A DNA stretch of 64,000 nt from an uncultured Planctomycetia bacterium (GCA_964566255.1 CAZMID010000001.1:10799-74798); one strand, 5' to 3'. Positions 19,101 through 25,227 are shown, numbered from the stretch's first letter. Numbers and translations: made by a program. The notes: a model not told the origin generated them from the letters alone.

Positions 19101-19283
19101 CTTTTTCTTATTGAGGCGATCTTCTCGCTGGGTACTAAGCTTTTTATAATCTACTTTTTTGTCCTTGAAGAGAGAGCGACGACTTGGAGCTCCATAAGCA
19201 GTATTAGTGCATATAAAAGCTATAAGAACTATTACAGAAATAATCTTTTTAGCTGTCTTACAATTCATATATCTTCCTCTCAT
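4179..19283 (-). CDS. Giant (5034 aa) secreted multidomain protein carrying a PGI-like SIS domain, two ROK sugar-kinase domains, a sugar-1-P nucleotidyltransferase with LbH, a CofD/YvcK domain, a NagB-like deaminase domain and HEAT repeats. It also has two HELGH zincin-like motifs inside an internally duplicated block.
   Basis: The reading frame is uninterrupted for 15,105 nt in DNA at roughly 33% GC, which cannot occur by chance. The N-terminus MRGRYMNCKTAKKIISVIVLIAFICTNTAYGAPSRR is a Sec-type signal peptide. An AGGA SD favours the second ATG at 19268. Domain motifs, with approximate aa positions: GMGGSG and DIGGRFTS (PGI/SIS, ~800-1250); MIVGMDVGASD and VLNDGDAAALS (ROK 1, ~1500-1800); VLTGGDGKRTYPLT plus hexapeptide repeats (NTP transferase with LbH, ~2060-2470); FHELGH (2570 and 4137); VIGGGGG...STDDGGSTG...IIVGAGSLFSS (CofD/YvcK, ~2740-3130); NDGNVTAFG (ROK 2, ~3690-4010); LGLATGGT...FALDEY...GIGEEGHIAF (NagB-like, ~4270-4520); DPDLDVRNEA-type HEAT repeats (~4640-4800). 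Confidence 0.9.
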   Translation of the reverse strand: MRGRYMNCKTAKKIISVIVLIAFICTNTAYGAPSRRSLFKDKKVDYKKLSTQREDRLNKKKSIFEGEDTKKAEKHRKEAKVVLSSHLKDLSQIHIPSELGRVTEVYESPSKDSRLIVHIQDLHTNPEAELNLASILEILLKDYNMGLVCSEGADGEVDTSSVSSFPDYEIREKTARLFINSGELTGEEYLSITKYPDLPIWGIEDRDIYFKNIIEFNRIMKFSPKSQVFISQAQKALDQLKSKIYSKELLNLDQKEVDYENEKIETDAFLKHLTSYVRKFDISTDKYRNISLLTEATEQEQKINQVKVMQESQNLLLNLQAKLSGRKLRKDKDALMVKAKLFREQKISPFSFYSYLKDLALKHIPDKISKYPNLNDFLSYLTKVNSLDSTKLFTEMEDLTYEVKMRLAKTDEQKTFIKALRNIKFLEGFFNLKVSNEELDYYLANRESHKVGFFKSFLKPALKKHDISAFIDYNPNLIDFHLQGLEDFYKTVRQRDVAMVRNSVSEIEKRDAKVASLVAGGFHTKGITKLLREKGYSYVVVSPYSSTDIDEENYHFLLSGKRKPIEELLKGLNDTLRCPIIATFVKPDFVDDFNNKVVPNIEGGKELKTQRILMAVVSVGVAVLRDKGIESKKLAAKLQKMFTPQFRETLTGDINVMVQPESIIIVHTQTKETIVTDIGDFIGVASGEKIDPTLSGPAMKKALMDLSYEPSPAAEATFTIAKAKKSDVLASNHTLDTGIMEDTRLDDILLQLGQEDIRGQMHAVYGTSFEEAEDLVSSKMLKAIFDASNPEEPPKNRAGWTVKNLKWLLKNPEKIQSVLDDAEEIRSKFKYIIFCGMGGSGLSVQVVKITFGEPGGYKIFSFRTTTPEEIKYMFDVIAEDAGSLEKALLETLVIPISKSGTTRETVDQKGYFEELFDLFKKFNIEPEDHMWVITDKGSPMDEHGYEQREIQLNGEGDIGGRFTSPQTLVFLLVLAISAPEKVEKILEVALKMNDIKDINEDTFIILGAYLYYMAAELGKDKLTLMVPKELQNLPVWAEQLIEESLGKEGKGISLFYDEDLSIASLKDVEDSDRVFLRINVGDKKTNDEFWSHLKKNRYPVFEIDVDDIDSLGGIMLGFQRSVITVAYLWDICAVDQEGVQDYKKILTKIMDDLGSDQKVEIPEDWKSVSFGKLNLYYDRLIAAGILTQDDLETGVRKLGSDMNDAPAVYAAAIIKILESKPDFEAKEFGFYGRMTEDMEGILQAAKTEIFTNGLKIASKISPAPDKLHSTEQNKQYGKDMWVDTLFMPDVMEQPDALEFSDNLIRAQLIAAIGATVDRGRKTMLITFDSTVKDAEQDVERFFGKVEHYLTRKESDVLASNEGISFAPITERERQYEELSAENSVEIGLTSKGAVYHRRSIAIPAITRMDDTQLDELADYLCLEIASTLSRIGAEGIKIKAPKELYQRIERLFTKGLYSRIPSYFSCIYETKFKIESADKIDSEDIELSQQESAPAQDYHRGMIVGMDVGASDVKVASFIEGRCIFAKEINWESYKFKNSDEHLSYFVTMVRLAKAAIEVEKTSSRSKRELKGKLKELAHNANTPLEEIESFIEGVYTAGISEVKLDGIGLSTAGAVVNGRITQEGTRAYRGIGSEEFWTKVAPMGRRISESLGGVPVGVLNDGDAAALSLAGTLGLNNVLALSLGTGLAAGYVDNKGQLNDYLGEMGKCSIDLSSEAGYHEGLRIRGALQQYTSQRGVLHLARKVWPDFDKGFEEIVARRFAAKEKINLDNKDDIVSHVKASLTGSKLEEFKKAIGNRPKLKYVQSKLELPKTNPERQEAEKIFKTIGSYLAVAVATSLKDLKIEHVVLFGACTSGMAGRLITESARKYLTKEIGDRETVNILLASEDDYVRQVGKGISKEFNSEFAARFGQTVGAAYMGLQVADGLYSTQGAPLSEEEIARRFSDSPEYGIHIQRARLEKGLADSRVYHDAIILLLKSDGLEQIKQSLEGARGKVIPQNSVILVVNKDTDDSVIQDAMRKRREEGTVPVIIYVQDDDIDGNLSAFLRGLDKLYKGGVNFDKERVVTVLTGGDGKRTYPLTASDGYGNKGFMSSINGEPNIFQAIRQSMQLLGENDTGIISMPTDRIFSITEPVKGLGEHGVQLLGGGVELGHPEFDYFGKIEVDSNGRFVAMYKRKSPQEIDYLKRYSDTVYHPVNNLTVYHLDQEAIERFVDPKGIPNGPDINLKAQDLNQDVGKRAGELAAAGVDFGFVYTGKETYITDLGTNQRYYLGCTNLLSDDILRQVTGYSFMQPSSIIDNKAVLGKDVVVEKGAVILGNTRINKGIVRKGAVIVNSVVDEIDAHSGSLAVALYRPDDKVIARADKVITDIPVDTQGTKRNIEVEVDIEVDPKKTWDVKQFEGFSYKDLKESLDYEEVERRHTASGLLKTFASDGNIIFYSALEGSFKEEYELTLDLSRPEPQRFKAADDYMQASILAELSNASFGIIESIIEDDPGLKEYFASVLSKPDNNDPAIRVKVSSMLPLTAVRYFNASTGEVELIFSQSYIDTLLKDYESHFEAVVTILAERYFHELGHDNELDLVEKERAEERKLIHRDIEFHKLVSEQIIGTKTTQEVISDYFETQRPAFKSGCYFRFLGTLLKCTPQRRNFVIEKYLNNYFLHSELKGYAEIRRPISIREIETSDNYKTLLDIYKLRYSNKSKAQVKEILDGEILKEAFSTGDTVARVILGVLDNRVLSHKEKEAIEIRKEIPPQVLVIGGGGGMKEVTLRACQLLGLNIKVGSPSTDDGGSTGKIIESIRPIFGSVSTEGDGPGVLADVMRKSTFADLLDYRPDKESDSLEEVLLEKIKLLLAEDKNRPLEEQFFNTPGVISFLSDQLNIARIIDNEFLSPKNKNLYTTFTLKGNSIRNLNNLAVYFKLRAYRRCGDKGVNGVDEEKATLANDILAMVWGLDIEKVGIPQIFYPTYNEAILWADYPEVTKEEEKRLVEIFGKDAVEEFIVRERKDALPARVYGQRFIDVLRHDSKIADVDVSVSKDNFKLLPRPSNQYIESIKDPRIGTIIVGAGSLFSSLVCQLAIDGVIEALINRKDAKKILLLNHVNMDEMNNYSVEDCVRMIERIAKKRLGRVVLFSEIFSDIVVNRTSAKEIDTWIQTKQKKREANEFGDPINEKGDIITTGKGKEGYVNTESPLIYVDGSPLYDNNIDYFSKKHNPLFIDNATGALFRWKVTKEGKSIYSTSPNVEYTHSSNDDNGKPKYLNRKKQVIGRKEVSLLRHVLVRVSDGKEFYFSLEGQDGGSLYVDKKGKEEINIEDMLYMNKYVYFLFRHENFRGMNEAPVTKEERAYLSSFIQPPELYSSRSEAGRQRGALYITKKDISYLNRRGMPLHNIHQEPLVSWQEKRLKAEGLAQYEKFAGYSPYKFADFLLKKGVVKEGVLLRIFDNNVKEARHFLKRLEKNGSRTTDKKQLANLFLDVLVEKDKALRDSLEEIDGDKSRIKSPASTLFSDIWREEHEKLFSITKWDDIFSMIAILDPGNTNKTTLLFLEQDRLKRDLNISIPKLMSKEELAIVSRYIATLINNGAVTLGSDTVAVDAEDSVFEAVKDSFDEYFDKGQEAETVSSYLSQYYGVDFEITKYTQRLAEIGIQAKKESPAKGVYYRFNRYEDVTLGLSLSKTHGYIVILENGEPLYKEQFTLDRKNFEDSNFIDYLVYSLINESINNAGRALRDIDAIGIAWPGAVRDNKMAISASILFDMKVLEFDRWDQQYNMIKNLADEISERFYSLTNKRIPVSLKNDGNVTAFGSTLLFTDLEGEKVLVLSPSDSLIGGFMDENLKPSIYLTELAKRVVDMSPFAREHDYRKIKGLDRYYASFRGIKELYPQESKSLEGIELVRKIEARLKEKNSDSEDAIEQLGKYLALSIVELYKYFDMKYTVLTGALARGRIGEMLFNKAQSLLSENFPEVPVEIRIDRRDPTYQGARSAAEFATYRSQIEKRKLKAFARRHGDLLLDSYFDIKDTFINDMECGLDLSRSKGQRFSPIGENALNLTSLLNDALDNLEGLVEGDADLKEYLQDLFLSPDNRAPPIKVMVSESLRLNSIRYYNFDTGDVEIIFSAGFIKDLLLAYPTYPQAVKTILSERLFHELGHANVNSTVEGNHLEENSLVEMDRALNQLVKRTGLQLKIDEYLTREKPQNYRSGYYFREILQQVDMPDTSKEETTVLASNMSLTTGFNMKSLVELVSSSQAFEWGDALGDISKVQKLDITETKDDAELRAAQEIANLIKEKNARGKKTFLGLATGGTQEGVYKKLIEITRKEKIDWSNVVIFALDEYVWSAYGYSREYREQYYNKESYRHFLYDHILTSMIRDAGLKDSNIHLMDGLANVPELEAEIYEDLIMKSTNEEGLDLQLLGIGEEGHIAFIEAMLDISLEDFLKLKTQVVELISSTINANSRYFDGNKRAVPPYAMSQGISTILKAKKILLVATGPKKRYAIKASVAGKITPEVPASVLQDQDRVTFIVDKDAARDLIELAKDQVRHKAMITSAGMSISPDGASSISGSVSTSRDILASNETIFDFNRKLYSAVMLKSGPNVFEDGLADPHSSMRDGSIKNLRDVLQSLTKTQEIIKLTADLGYHLGKYDDSTLDPIKSRLGKIMSRGERKEGIISDLLKLAKDEDRYMPLRTTAIVCLGGILAEKQLLELWKEAKDKHILALSEGPVDDSDPNVSIMVAIITALGELSKTEAVYSIIREASVGDDHKSHRIATTAQLSNKKINGITPRIFEGVESKVEITPKLEEKHIEQARADIQDPDLDVRNEAFAILEESGKLTYNYILTKLFLDLQQEENEGEQRSIASSIFRALDTIPITEERKNKLLVADMNISRIPMYGPSHTILEETMDTVLDMIREGKKGPDNLEKSKRPLNQIITFSAERVIELGHVGFIRLISDRYASSEYAIEIIAMNADEYKKVINLEGYVDMIKVVNGRGINELKLKRIQVLNLSSEDKSNLDGLLEDFANGMELNMVSDRLNKEIADELASGV
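6640..7135 (-). repeat. Copy B of the duplicated HELGH module inside the giant ORF (aa ~4050-4215).
   Basis: LKEYLQDLFLSPDNRAPPIKVMVSESLRLNSIRYYNFDTGDVEIIFSAGFIKDLLLAY...ILSERLFHELGHAN...RSGYYFREIL. Confidence 0.6.
11330..11850 (-). repeat. Copy A of an internally duplicated ~170 aa module with an FHELGH motif inside the giant ORF (aa ~2480-2650).
   Basis: LKEYFASVLSKPDNNDPAIRVKVSSMLPLTAVRYFNASTGEVELIFSQSYIDTLLKDY...ILAERYFHELGHDN...KSGCYFRFL aligns residue by residue with copy B. The nucleotide string atggcctaattc[a/g]tgaaa is shared. Confidence 0.6.
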
Positions 19284-19357
19284 TTTTTAGCCTAATTTTA
19301 TATAATCTATTTAAAAACAGTTAAAAAAGCTTATATACAATACATCTATCTACTATA

Positions 19358-19386
19358 AGTATATCACGTAAACGTTTCCTCGTCAA
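19358..19386 (-). promoter_or_regulatory. Putative sigma70 promoter of the giant gene (TTGACG-17-TATACT on the minus strand).
   Basis: Minus-strand TTGACG (plus cgtcaa, 19381-19386), a 17-nt spacer, then TATACT (plus agtata, 19358-19363). It lies ~70-85 nt upstream of the giant-gene start codons. No hairpin separates it from the proS stop. Confidence 0.4.
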
Positions 19387-19419
19387 GGTGAAATAAAAAA
19401 TAATTTAACCTGTGATTTT

Positions 19420-21123
19420 CTATAAAAAGGTGGGAATTTTCTCACTTATATACTGTTTTTCTAATTCTATAATCTTTCCTGTCTTACGGATCTTTATCTC
19501 TAATTTTCCCTTTTTTAAACCTTTTTCTCCTATAACTATTATAATGGGTATGCCTATTAATTCAGCATCATTAAACTTAACACCTGCTGTCTCATTTCTA
19601 TCGTCTATTAAAACTTCTATCCCCTTATATATCAAGGAGTTATAAACTTCATCCGCTACCCTACAAACATCCTTATTTTCATAGTTTATAGGTATTACAA
19701 TTACCTGAAAAGGTGCCATAGTCTGTGGCCAGATTATACCCTTTTTATCATTATGCATCTCTATGGAAGCTGCTATAATCCTATTAACACCTATACCATA
19801 ACAACCCATCACTAGTGGCTTCAACTTCCCATCTTCATCTGAAAATTCCGCCTTCATTGCTTTTGAATATTTAAGGCCTAATTTAAATACATGTCCCATT
19901 TCTATGGCATGCTCTATCTTCAATGATTTCTTACACTTAGGACAAATATCTCTATCAGTGATCATCCTTAAATCAGCCCAATCCTTAACTTTAAAATCCC
20001 TATCAAAATTTACATTTATAAAATGTTTATCTTTTTTATTGCTTCCTGTTACAAAATTACCGAGATCTCTTATGGAATTATCTGCTATAATCCTTATTCC
20101 CTTAAGTCCTACTGGTCCTGAAAAACCCAATGGGCCTCCTGTTACCTTTTTAATAATATCTTCGGATGCCATTTCTAAATGACTACATCCTAAATACTTC
20201 TTAATCTTTACCTCATTTGCCTCGTGGTCTCCTCTTATTAGAATTGTTACTTCTTTTTCATCTGCCAAATATATAAGGGTCTTTACCATCTCAATTGGCT
20301 TTGCCTTTAAAAGAGATGATACCTTTTCAATGGTTGTTACACATGGAGTATCTACTTCTTTTAATGGTTTTGGTTTAAGTTTTACCTTCTTTCCCTTTCC
20401 TCTATCAATACATTCTGCAACAGTTATACTCGCAGCATACCCGCAAGATAAACAATGTGCTAAAAGATCTTCACCGGCCTCAGCTAATACCATAAATTCA
20501 TGTGATACATCTCCTCCCATAACACCTGTATCAGCCTCTACTGCAATAGCCTTTAAGCCACATCTTTTAAAAATAGCCTCATATGCTTCATACATCTTCT
20601 TGTAACTTTTATCAAGGCCAGATTTATCTCTATCGAAACTATAGGCATCCTTCATTATGAATTCACGGCTTCTTATTACTCCAAATCTCGGCCTCACCTC
20701 ATCTCTAAATTTAGTCTGTATCTGATACAAAGTTATCGGGAGTTCTCTATATGAACGAATATGATTTCTTACAAGATCCGTTATAACTTCTTCGTGGGTT
20801 GGTCCAAATACCATAGTGCGATTATGTCTATCTTTAAACTTAATAAGATCCTCTCCTAAATCTTTATATCTTCCTGATTCATGCCATAGTTCTACTGGCT
20901 GAAGGGACGGCAAAAATAATTCAATAGCGCATGCTTTATCCATCTCTTCGCGGATAATATTTTCTACTTTTTTAAGGACTTTTAGGCCCAGCGGAAGGTA
21001 TGTATAGGCACCTGATGCAAGCTTTCTTATGAGGCCAGAACGAATCATTAACTGGTGACTTACAGCCTCTGCCTCAGCTGGAACCTCTTTTAAAGTGGGT
21101 ATGAAAAATTCTCTCCAACGCAT
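19420..21123 (-). CDS. proS: Prolyl-tRNA synthetase, bacterial type with editing insertion.
   Basis: 567 aa starting MRWREFFIPTLKEVPAEAEAVSHQLMIRSGLIRKLASGAYTYLPLGLKVLKKVENIIREEM, with class II aaRS motifs. Confidence 0.95.
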   Translation of the reverse strand: MRWREFFIPTLKEVPAEAEAVSHQLMIRSGLIRKLASGAYTYLPLGLKVLKKVENIIREEMDKACAIELFLPSLQPVELWHESGRYKDLGEDLIKFKDRHNRTMVFGPTHEEVITDLVRNHIRSYRELPITLYQIQTKFRDEVRPRFGVIRSREFIMKDAYSFDRDKSGLDKSYKKMYEAYEAIFKRCGLKAIAVEADTGVMGGDVSHEFMVLAEAGEDLLAHCLSCGYAASITVAECIDRGKGKKVKLKPKPLKEVDTPCVTTIEKVSSLLKAKPIEMVKTLIYLADEKEVTILIRGDHEANEVKIKKYLGCSHLEMASEDIIKKVTGGPLGFSGPVGLKGIRIIADNSIRDLGNFVTGSNKKDKHFINVNFDRDFKVKDWADLRMITDRDICPKCKKSLKIEHAIEMGHVFKLGLKYSKAMKAEFSDEDGKLKPLVMGCYGIGVNRIIAASIEMHNDKKGIIWPQTMAPFQVIVIPINYENKDVCRVADEVYNSLIYKGIEVLIDDRNETAGVKFNDAELIGIPIIIVIGEKGLKKGKLEIKIRKTGKIIELEKQYISEKIPTFL

Positions 21124-21126
21124 ATT

Positions 21127-22182
21127 TTAGATTCTTCGGATATCCTTTAATAATTCCTTAACAATATCCTTTTCTCTTACTATCCTCACAGATTTCCCTT
21201 TTTTAAAAATTATGCCTTTATTTTTTCCGCAGGCAATGCCTATATCAGCTTGTTTTGCCTCCCCTGGACCATTTACCTCGCATCCCATAATAGCTATATC
21301 AGGAAAAGAATTTTTTCTAGTTTCTAACCTAGAACCTACGAGAGACTTTTCTACGTCTCTTACTATCTTTTGTAAGTCTACCTGACATCGACCACAAGTC
21401 GGACACGATATTATATCTGGCTCAAATCGTCTTAGATTAAGTGCCTGTAAAATATTTTTAGATGCTATTACTTCTTCTAAAGAATCCCCCGTCAATGAAA
21501 CCCTGATCGTATCTCCAATACCTTCTAAAAGTAATGCCCCTATCCCTATAGAAGATTTAATAATCCCCTTTGAAATAGGTCCGCTTGCTGTAATACCCAA
21601 GTGAAGCGGATAATTTGATCTTTTTGAAAATTTTCTATATGCCTCGATGGTCGTCAATACACTAGATGTCTTTAATGAGACTATTATATCGTAAAAACGC
21701 TGTTTTTCCAAGATTTTTATATAGTCCAAAGCTGAAGTTACCATGGAATCTACAATGTTCTTCCTTTTATGTTTTACTGAACCTGAATTTACTCCCACTC
21801 TAATAGGAATACGTCTTTTTTTAGCTAGTCTTACCACCTCTTTAATATGTTCTTCTTTATATATATTGCCAGGATTAAGTCTTATTTTATCTGCGCCATT
21901 TTTAATTGCAATGAGAGCCATCCTATAATCAAAGTGAATATCTGCAACCAAAGGAATATTTATTGATTTTTTAATCTTTTTTATAGCGGAAGCTCCCTCA
22001 AAATCTTTTACAGCAACCCTTATTAATTCACATCCTACTTTTTCTAAGCTCTTGATCTCTTTTATAGTAGAAGTGATATCCCTGGTATCAGTCTTTGTCA
22101 TAGACTGAATAACAATAGGTGCCTTACCACCAATCTTTAATTTTCCGACTTTAATTTGTTTTCTCATTATTACTTTTGCCAA
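21127..22182 (-). CDS. ispG: 4-hydroxy-3-methylbut-2-en-1-yl diphosphate synthase (GcpE).
   Basis: 351 aa. KVGKLKIGGKAPIVIQSMTKTDT and C-terminal cysteines CPTCGRC...GCEVNGPGE are typical of IspG. Confidence 0.95.
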   Translation of the reverse strand: MAKVIMRKQIKVGKLKIGGKAPIVIQSMTKTDTRDITSTIKEIKSLEKVGCELIRVAVKDFEGASAIKKIKKSINIPLVADIHFDYRMALIAIKNGADKIRLNPGNIYKEEHIKEVVRLAKKRRIPIRVGVNSGSVKHKRKNIVDSMVTSALDYIKILEKQRFYDIIVSLKTSSVLTTIEAYRKFSKRSNYPLHLGITASGPISKGIIKSSIGIGALLLEGIGDTIRVSLTGDSLEEVIASKNILQALNLRRFEPDIISCPTCGRCQVDLQKIVRDVEKSLVGSRLETRKNSFPDIAIMGCEVNGPGEAKQADIGIACGKNKGIIFKKGKSVRIVREKDIVKELLKDIRRI

Positions 22183-23255
22183 AAGCTAGAGAGTTTTTCA
22201 AATATTCCAAATCTCAAAAAATCATTATAAAAAATAAATAGTGCCAGGAATATCAATAAGAAAAGTCCTACCTGAGTTACAACTTCCTGCACTTTATAAG
22301 AAAGAGGCCTTTTTCTTACTTTTTCTATTGCAATGAACAAAAGATGCCCTCCGTCTAAAACAGGTAGTGGCAAGAGATTAAATATTGCAAGGGATGCACT
22401 TAAGATTCCCATAAATTGAAGCAAATATATAAAACCCAGCTTTGCTGCCTCACCTGTTATATAAAATATACCGACTGGGCCTGTCATAGACTGTTTAAAA
22501 GGAATAGCACCTGTAATAGTAGCCCATAATGCCCTATAGGTAATATAGGTAAGGGTTAATAATTTTTTACCACCCATATAGAGTGACTTTCCAAAGCCAT
22601 ATTTTACATAAATTACCGTATCTTCAGGCATAATGCCTATAAGACCAATCCTTTTCTTTGAGCCAAATATTGTCTTAATCTCTTCTTCTTTTGGTAATAT
22701 CTTTAAATCTTTTAATCTACTATTCCGCTCAATCAAAAGATTTAATTCAGTCTCTTTATTTGTATGAACAATACGAGTAACATCTTCCCAGTAATTAACC
22801 TCTATGTCATTTATCTTTAAGATCTTATCGCCTGGTTTTAGTCCAGCAGTCTCTCCAGGATAATCTTCTAGTACCTTTCCTACAGTTGAAGTCAGTGTTG
22901 GAGAGCCAACAATAAAAACAAATGAAAAAATCAAAAAAGCCAATATATAATTAAGAAATGCCCCTGCAAATATTATCCTGGCTCTATCACTAACAGATCT
23001 TGATAAAAATTCGTCTTTCCCGCCCTTAAGTGATTCCTCAGGTGTATCACCTTTAAGCTTTACATATCCTCCCAAAGGTATAAGAGACAGTCGATAACGC
23101 GTTCCATTTTTTGTAATACCAAATATCTCTGGGCCAAAACCAATAGAAAATTTTTCTACCTTTACGCCTGATTTTTTAGCAACAATAAAATGTCCAAATT
23201 CATGGACTATTACAAGAATACTTAATACAATAATAAAACTAATTGCTGAAAGCAC
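22170..23255 (-). CDS. rseP: RIP site-2 zinc metalloprotease, RseP/M50 family, with a PDZ domain.
   Basis: 361 aa with an HEFGHFIVAK HExxH motif in TM1, a PDZ region (LKPGDKILKINDIEV) and a C-terminal LDGGH motif. Confidence 0.9.
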   Translation of the reverse strand: MLSAISFIIVLSILVIVHEFGHFIVAKKSGVKVEKFSIGFGPEIFGITKNGTRYRLSLIPLGGYVKLKGDTPEESLKGGKDEFLSRSVSDRARIIFAGAFLNYILAFLIFSFVFIVGSPTLTSTVGKVLEDYPGETAGLKPGDKILKINDIEVNYWEDVTRIVHTNKETELNLLIERNSRLKDLKILPKEEEIKTIFGSKKRIGLIGIMPEDTVIYVKYGFGKSLYMGGKKLLTLTYITYRALWATITGAIPFKQSMTGPVGIFYITGEAAKLGFIYLLQFMGILSASLAIFNLLPLPVLDGGHLLFIAIEKVRKRPLSYKVQEVVTQVGLFLLIFLALFIFYNDFLRFGIFEKLSSFWQK

Positions 23256-24399
23256 TTAGAATCTCCTTTGTTTTTATCCTTGTATATTTATCGGTCTCTA
23301 AGATATCTTTTAAAGAAGGATTTTTTATAGACTTGTGCCTCTTTAAAACCTTATCAATTACTTTAGGAATATCTATAAACTTTATCCTCCTCTTAAGAAA
23401 CTCTCCAACAACTACTTCATTCGATGCATTTAAAACACATGGATATGTCTCGCCCAATCTAATGGCTTCATATGCAAACTTAAGGCATGGAAATTTTTTA
23501 AAATCTGGGGGATAAAAATGAACTGATCTCAATTTAGAAAATGTTATGTTCTTTACAGGAGAAGTATATCTAGATGGATATGTAAGTGCATATTGAATCG
23601 GCATCCTCATATCGCATTTACCCATATGAGCGAGTATAGACCCATCAATAAATTCCACCATTGAATGTACAACCGTCTCAGGATGAATCAATACCTCTAT
23701 ATTATCAACTTCTATTCCAAAAAGATGATGTGCTTCAATTACTTCAAGCCCTTTATTCATCATGGTTGCTGAATCTATTGAGATTTTTCTTCCCATCTTC
23801 CATTTAGGATGATTAATCGCTTTTTTCAAAGTAATCTTTTTAAAATCCTTTTTAGGAGTAGTCCTTAAAGGTCCGCCCGAAGATGTAAGATAAATCTTTT
23901 TTATCTCTGATCCATTATTAGAAATCATACATTGAAATATAGCGCTATGTTCACTATCTACAGGAAGTATCTGAACGTTTTTCTTTTTTGCTTTTTTCAT
24001 AATTATATCCCCCGCCATAACAAGTGCTTCTTTATTTGCAAGGGCAACCCTTTTCACATTATCAAGTGCGGTTAAAATCGGTAAGAGCGCAGAAGAACCT
24101 ACTATGCCTATAATTACACTATCTATCTTGTCCTCCTTTATCATCTCACACAACCCTTCTTTACCCTCGTAGATCTTAATATTCCAGTCTTTGAATCTTT
24201 TCCTAAATTCATTAACCTTTTCTCTATCGACTACTGAAACATTCTTGGGGTTGAATTTTTTTACCTGCTGCGACAATAATTCTATATTCGAATGTGCGGA
24301 AACTGAAGATAGTCTAAATTTATCAGGGAATCTTGAAATGATATCGAGTGCATTTGTTCCTATTGAACCAGTTGAACCTAAGATAGATATTTTTTGCAT
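23239..24399 (-). CDS. dxr: 1-deoxy-D-xylulose 5-phosphate reductoisomerase.
   Basis: 386 aa. The N-terminus MQKISILGSTGSIGTNALDIISRFPDKF is the NADPH-binding site of Dxr. Confidence 0.95.
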   Translation of the reverse strand: MQKISILGSTGSIGTNALDIISRFPDKFRLSSVSAHSNIELLSQQVKKFNPKNVSVVDREKVNEFRKRFKDWNIKIYEGKEGLCEMIKEDKIDSVIIGIVGSSALLPILTALDNVKRVALANKEALVMAGDIIMKKAKKKNVQILPVDSEHSAIFQCMISNNGSEIKKIYLTSSGGPLRTTPKKDFKKITLKKAINHPKWKMGRKISIDSATMMNKGLEVIEAHHLFGIEVDNIEVLIHPETVVHSMVEFIDGSILAHMGKCDMRMPIQYALTYPSRYTSPVKNITFSKLRSVHFYPPDFKKFPCLKFAYEAIRLGETYPCVLNASNEVVVGEFLKRRIKFIDIPKVIDKVLKRHKSIKNPSLKDILETDKYTRIKTKEILSAFSN

Positions 24400-24411
24400 A
24401 GCGGTAGTTTC

Positions 24412-25227
24412 CTAGAGAACAATAATCAAATATATGTAAAAAATTGGTGCAGTAAAAAGGATACTATCCATTACGTCCAGCATACCTCCAAGGCCTGGGA
24501 AAAAAGGGCTCGAATCCTTTACTTGGTAATCGCGCTTTAAAAGACTCTCGGCTAAATCTCCGAGCTGAGCAAATACGCCTATCAGGATACCGCCTGTAAG
24601 TAAAACTGGAAAACTCATCCAACTTAAAAAGGATCTACTTATTAAGGCAAATAATATGCTGAATAAAAAACCACCTATAGCACCTTCTACAGATTTGTTA
24701 GGACTTATCCTTGGGATAAGGGCATGTTTACCAAAGTGTGAGCCAATTAAATATGCCCCTATATCACCTGATTTTGTAACCAATAATAAATATGCTACTA
24801 ATTTATGTCCATCTTCTAAAAACCTTATCTTTACCAAATAAGTAAAAAACCATCCTACATAAAAAACGCCAAATAGAGTTAATGCGATCAATGCTGCTGC
24901 ATTCTGATTTTCTTTTCTTGTGAACTGAATAATAAAAAGTGCTATAAGCACAATTATAAAAAATAATGCCTCCCATATCCCTCCTGTAGGCCGATATAAA
25001 TATGTAATATAAGGAAGGAGTATCCCTGAAAATATACCTAAAGATACAAAACTACGTGGAAATTCACTTTTTGAATTGAGCCTAAAGAATTCATAAAGAC
25101 CTAAGCCTGTAAATATCGATGTTATCACGCTAAAGGTCCAAACAGGCAATATAAATATAGTAATAGCAGTAATAGCTATTAAAACAATTGAACTCATTGT
25201 GCGTTTAATCATCTTTTTACCTTCCAT
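24412..25227 (-). CDS. cdsA: Phosphatidate cytidylyltransferase.
   Basis: 271 aa polytopic membrane protein with a CTP-transferase signature region near the C-terminus (SLLKRDYQVKDSSPFFPGLGGMLD). It sits in the conserved uppS-cdsA-dxr-rseP order. Confidence 0.85.
   Translation of the reverse strand: MEGKKMIKRTMSSIVLIAITAITIFILPVWTFSVITSIFTGLGLYEFFRLNSKSEFPRSFVSLGIFSGILLPYITYLYRPTGGIWEALFFIIVLIALFIIQFTRKENQNAAALIALTLFGVFYVGWFFTYLVKIRFLEDGHKLVAYLLLVTKSGDIGAYLIGSHFGKHALIPRISPNKSVEGAIGGFLFSILFALISRSFLSWMSFPVLLTGGILIGVFAQLGDLAESLLKRDYQVKDSSPFFPGLGGMLDVMDSILFTAPIFYIYLIIVL

Noticed and set aside
4179-19283. The giant ORF as a polyketide synthase, an NRPS, or a repetitive adhesin/RTX-type protein.
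   Set aside because: There are no KS, AT, ACP or condensation signatures, no phosphopantetheine GxDS sites, no tandem Ig, cadherin or GGxGxD repeats. The recognisable modules are sugar-phosphate enzymes instead.
19284-19419. Possible small RNA or riboswitch in the 136-nt proS to giant-gene intergenic region.
   Set aside because: No stable secondary structure or conserved riboswitch core was visible. The space is adequately explained by a promoter plus a ~70-nt 5'UTR with an SD.
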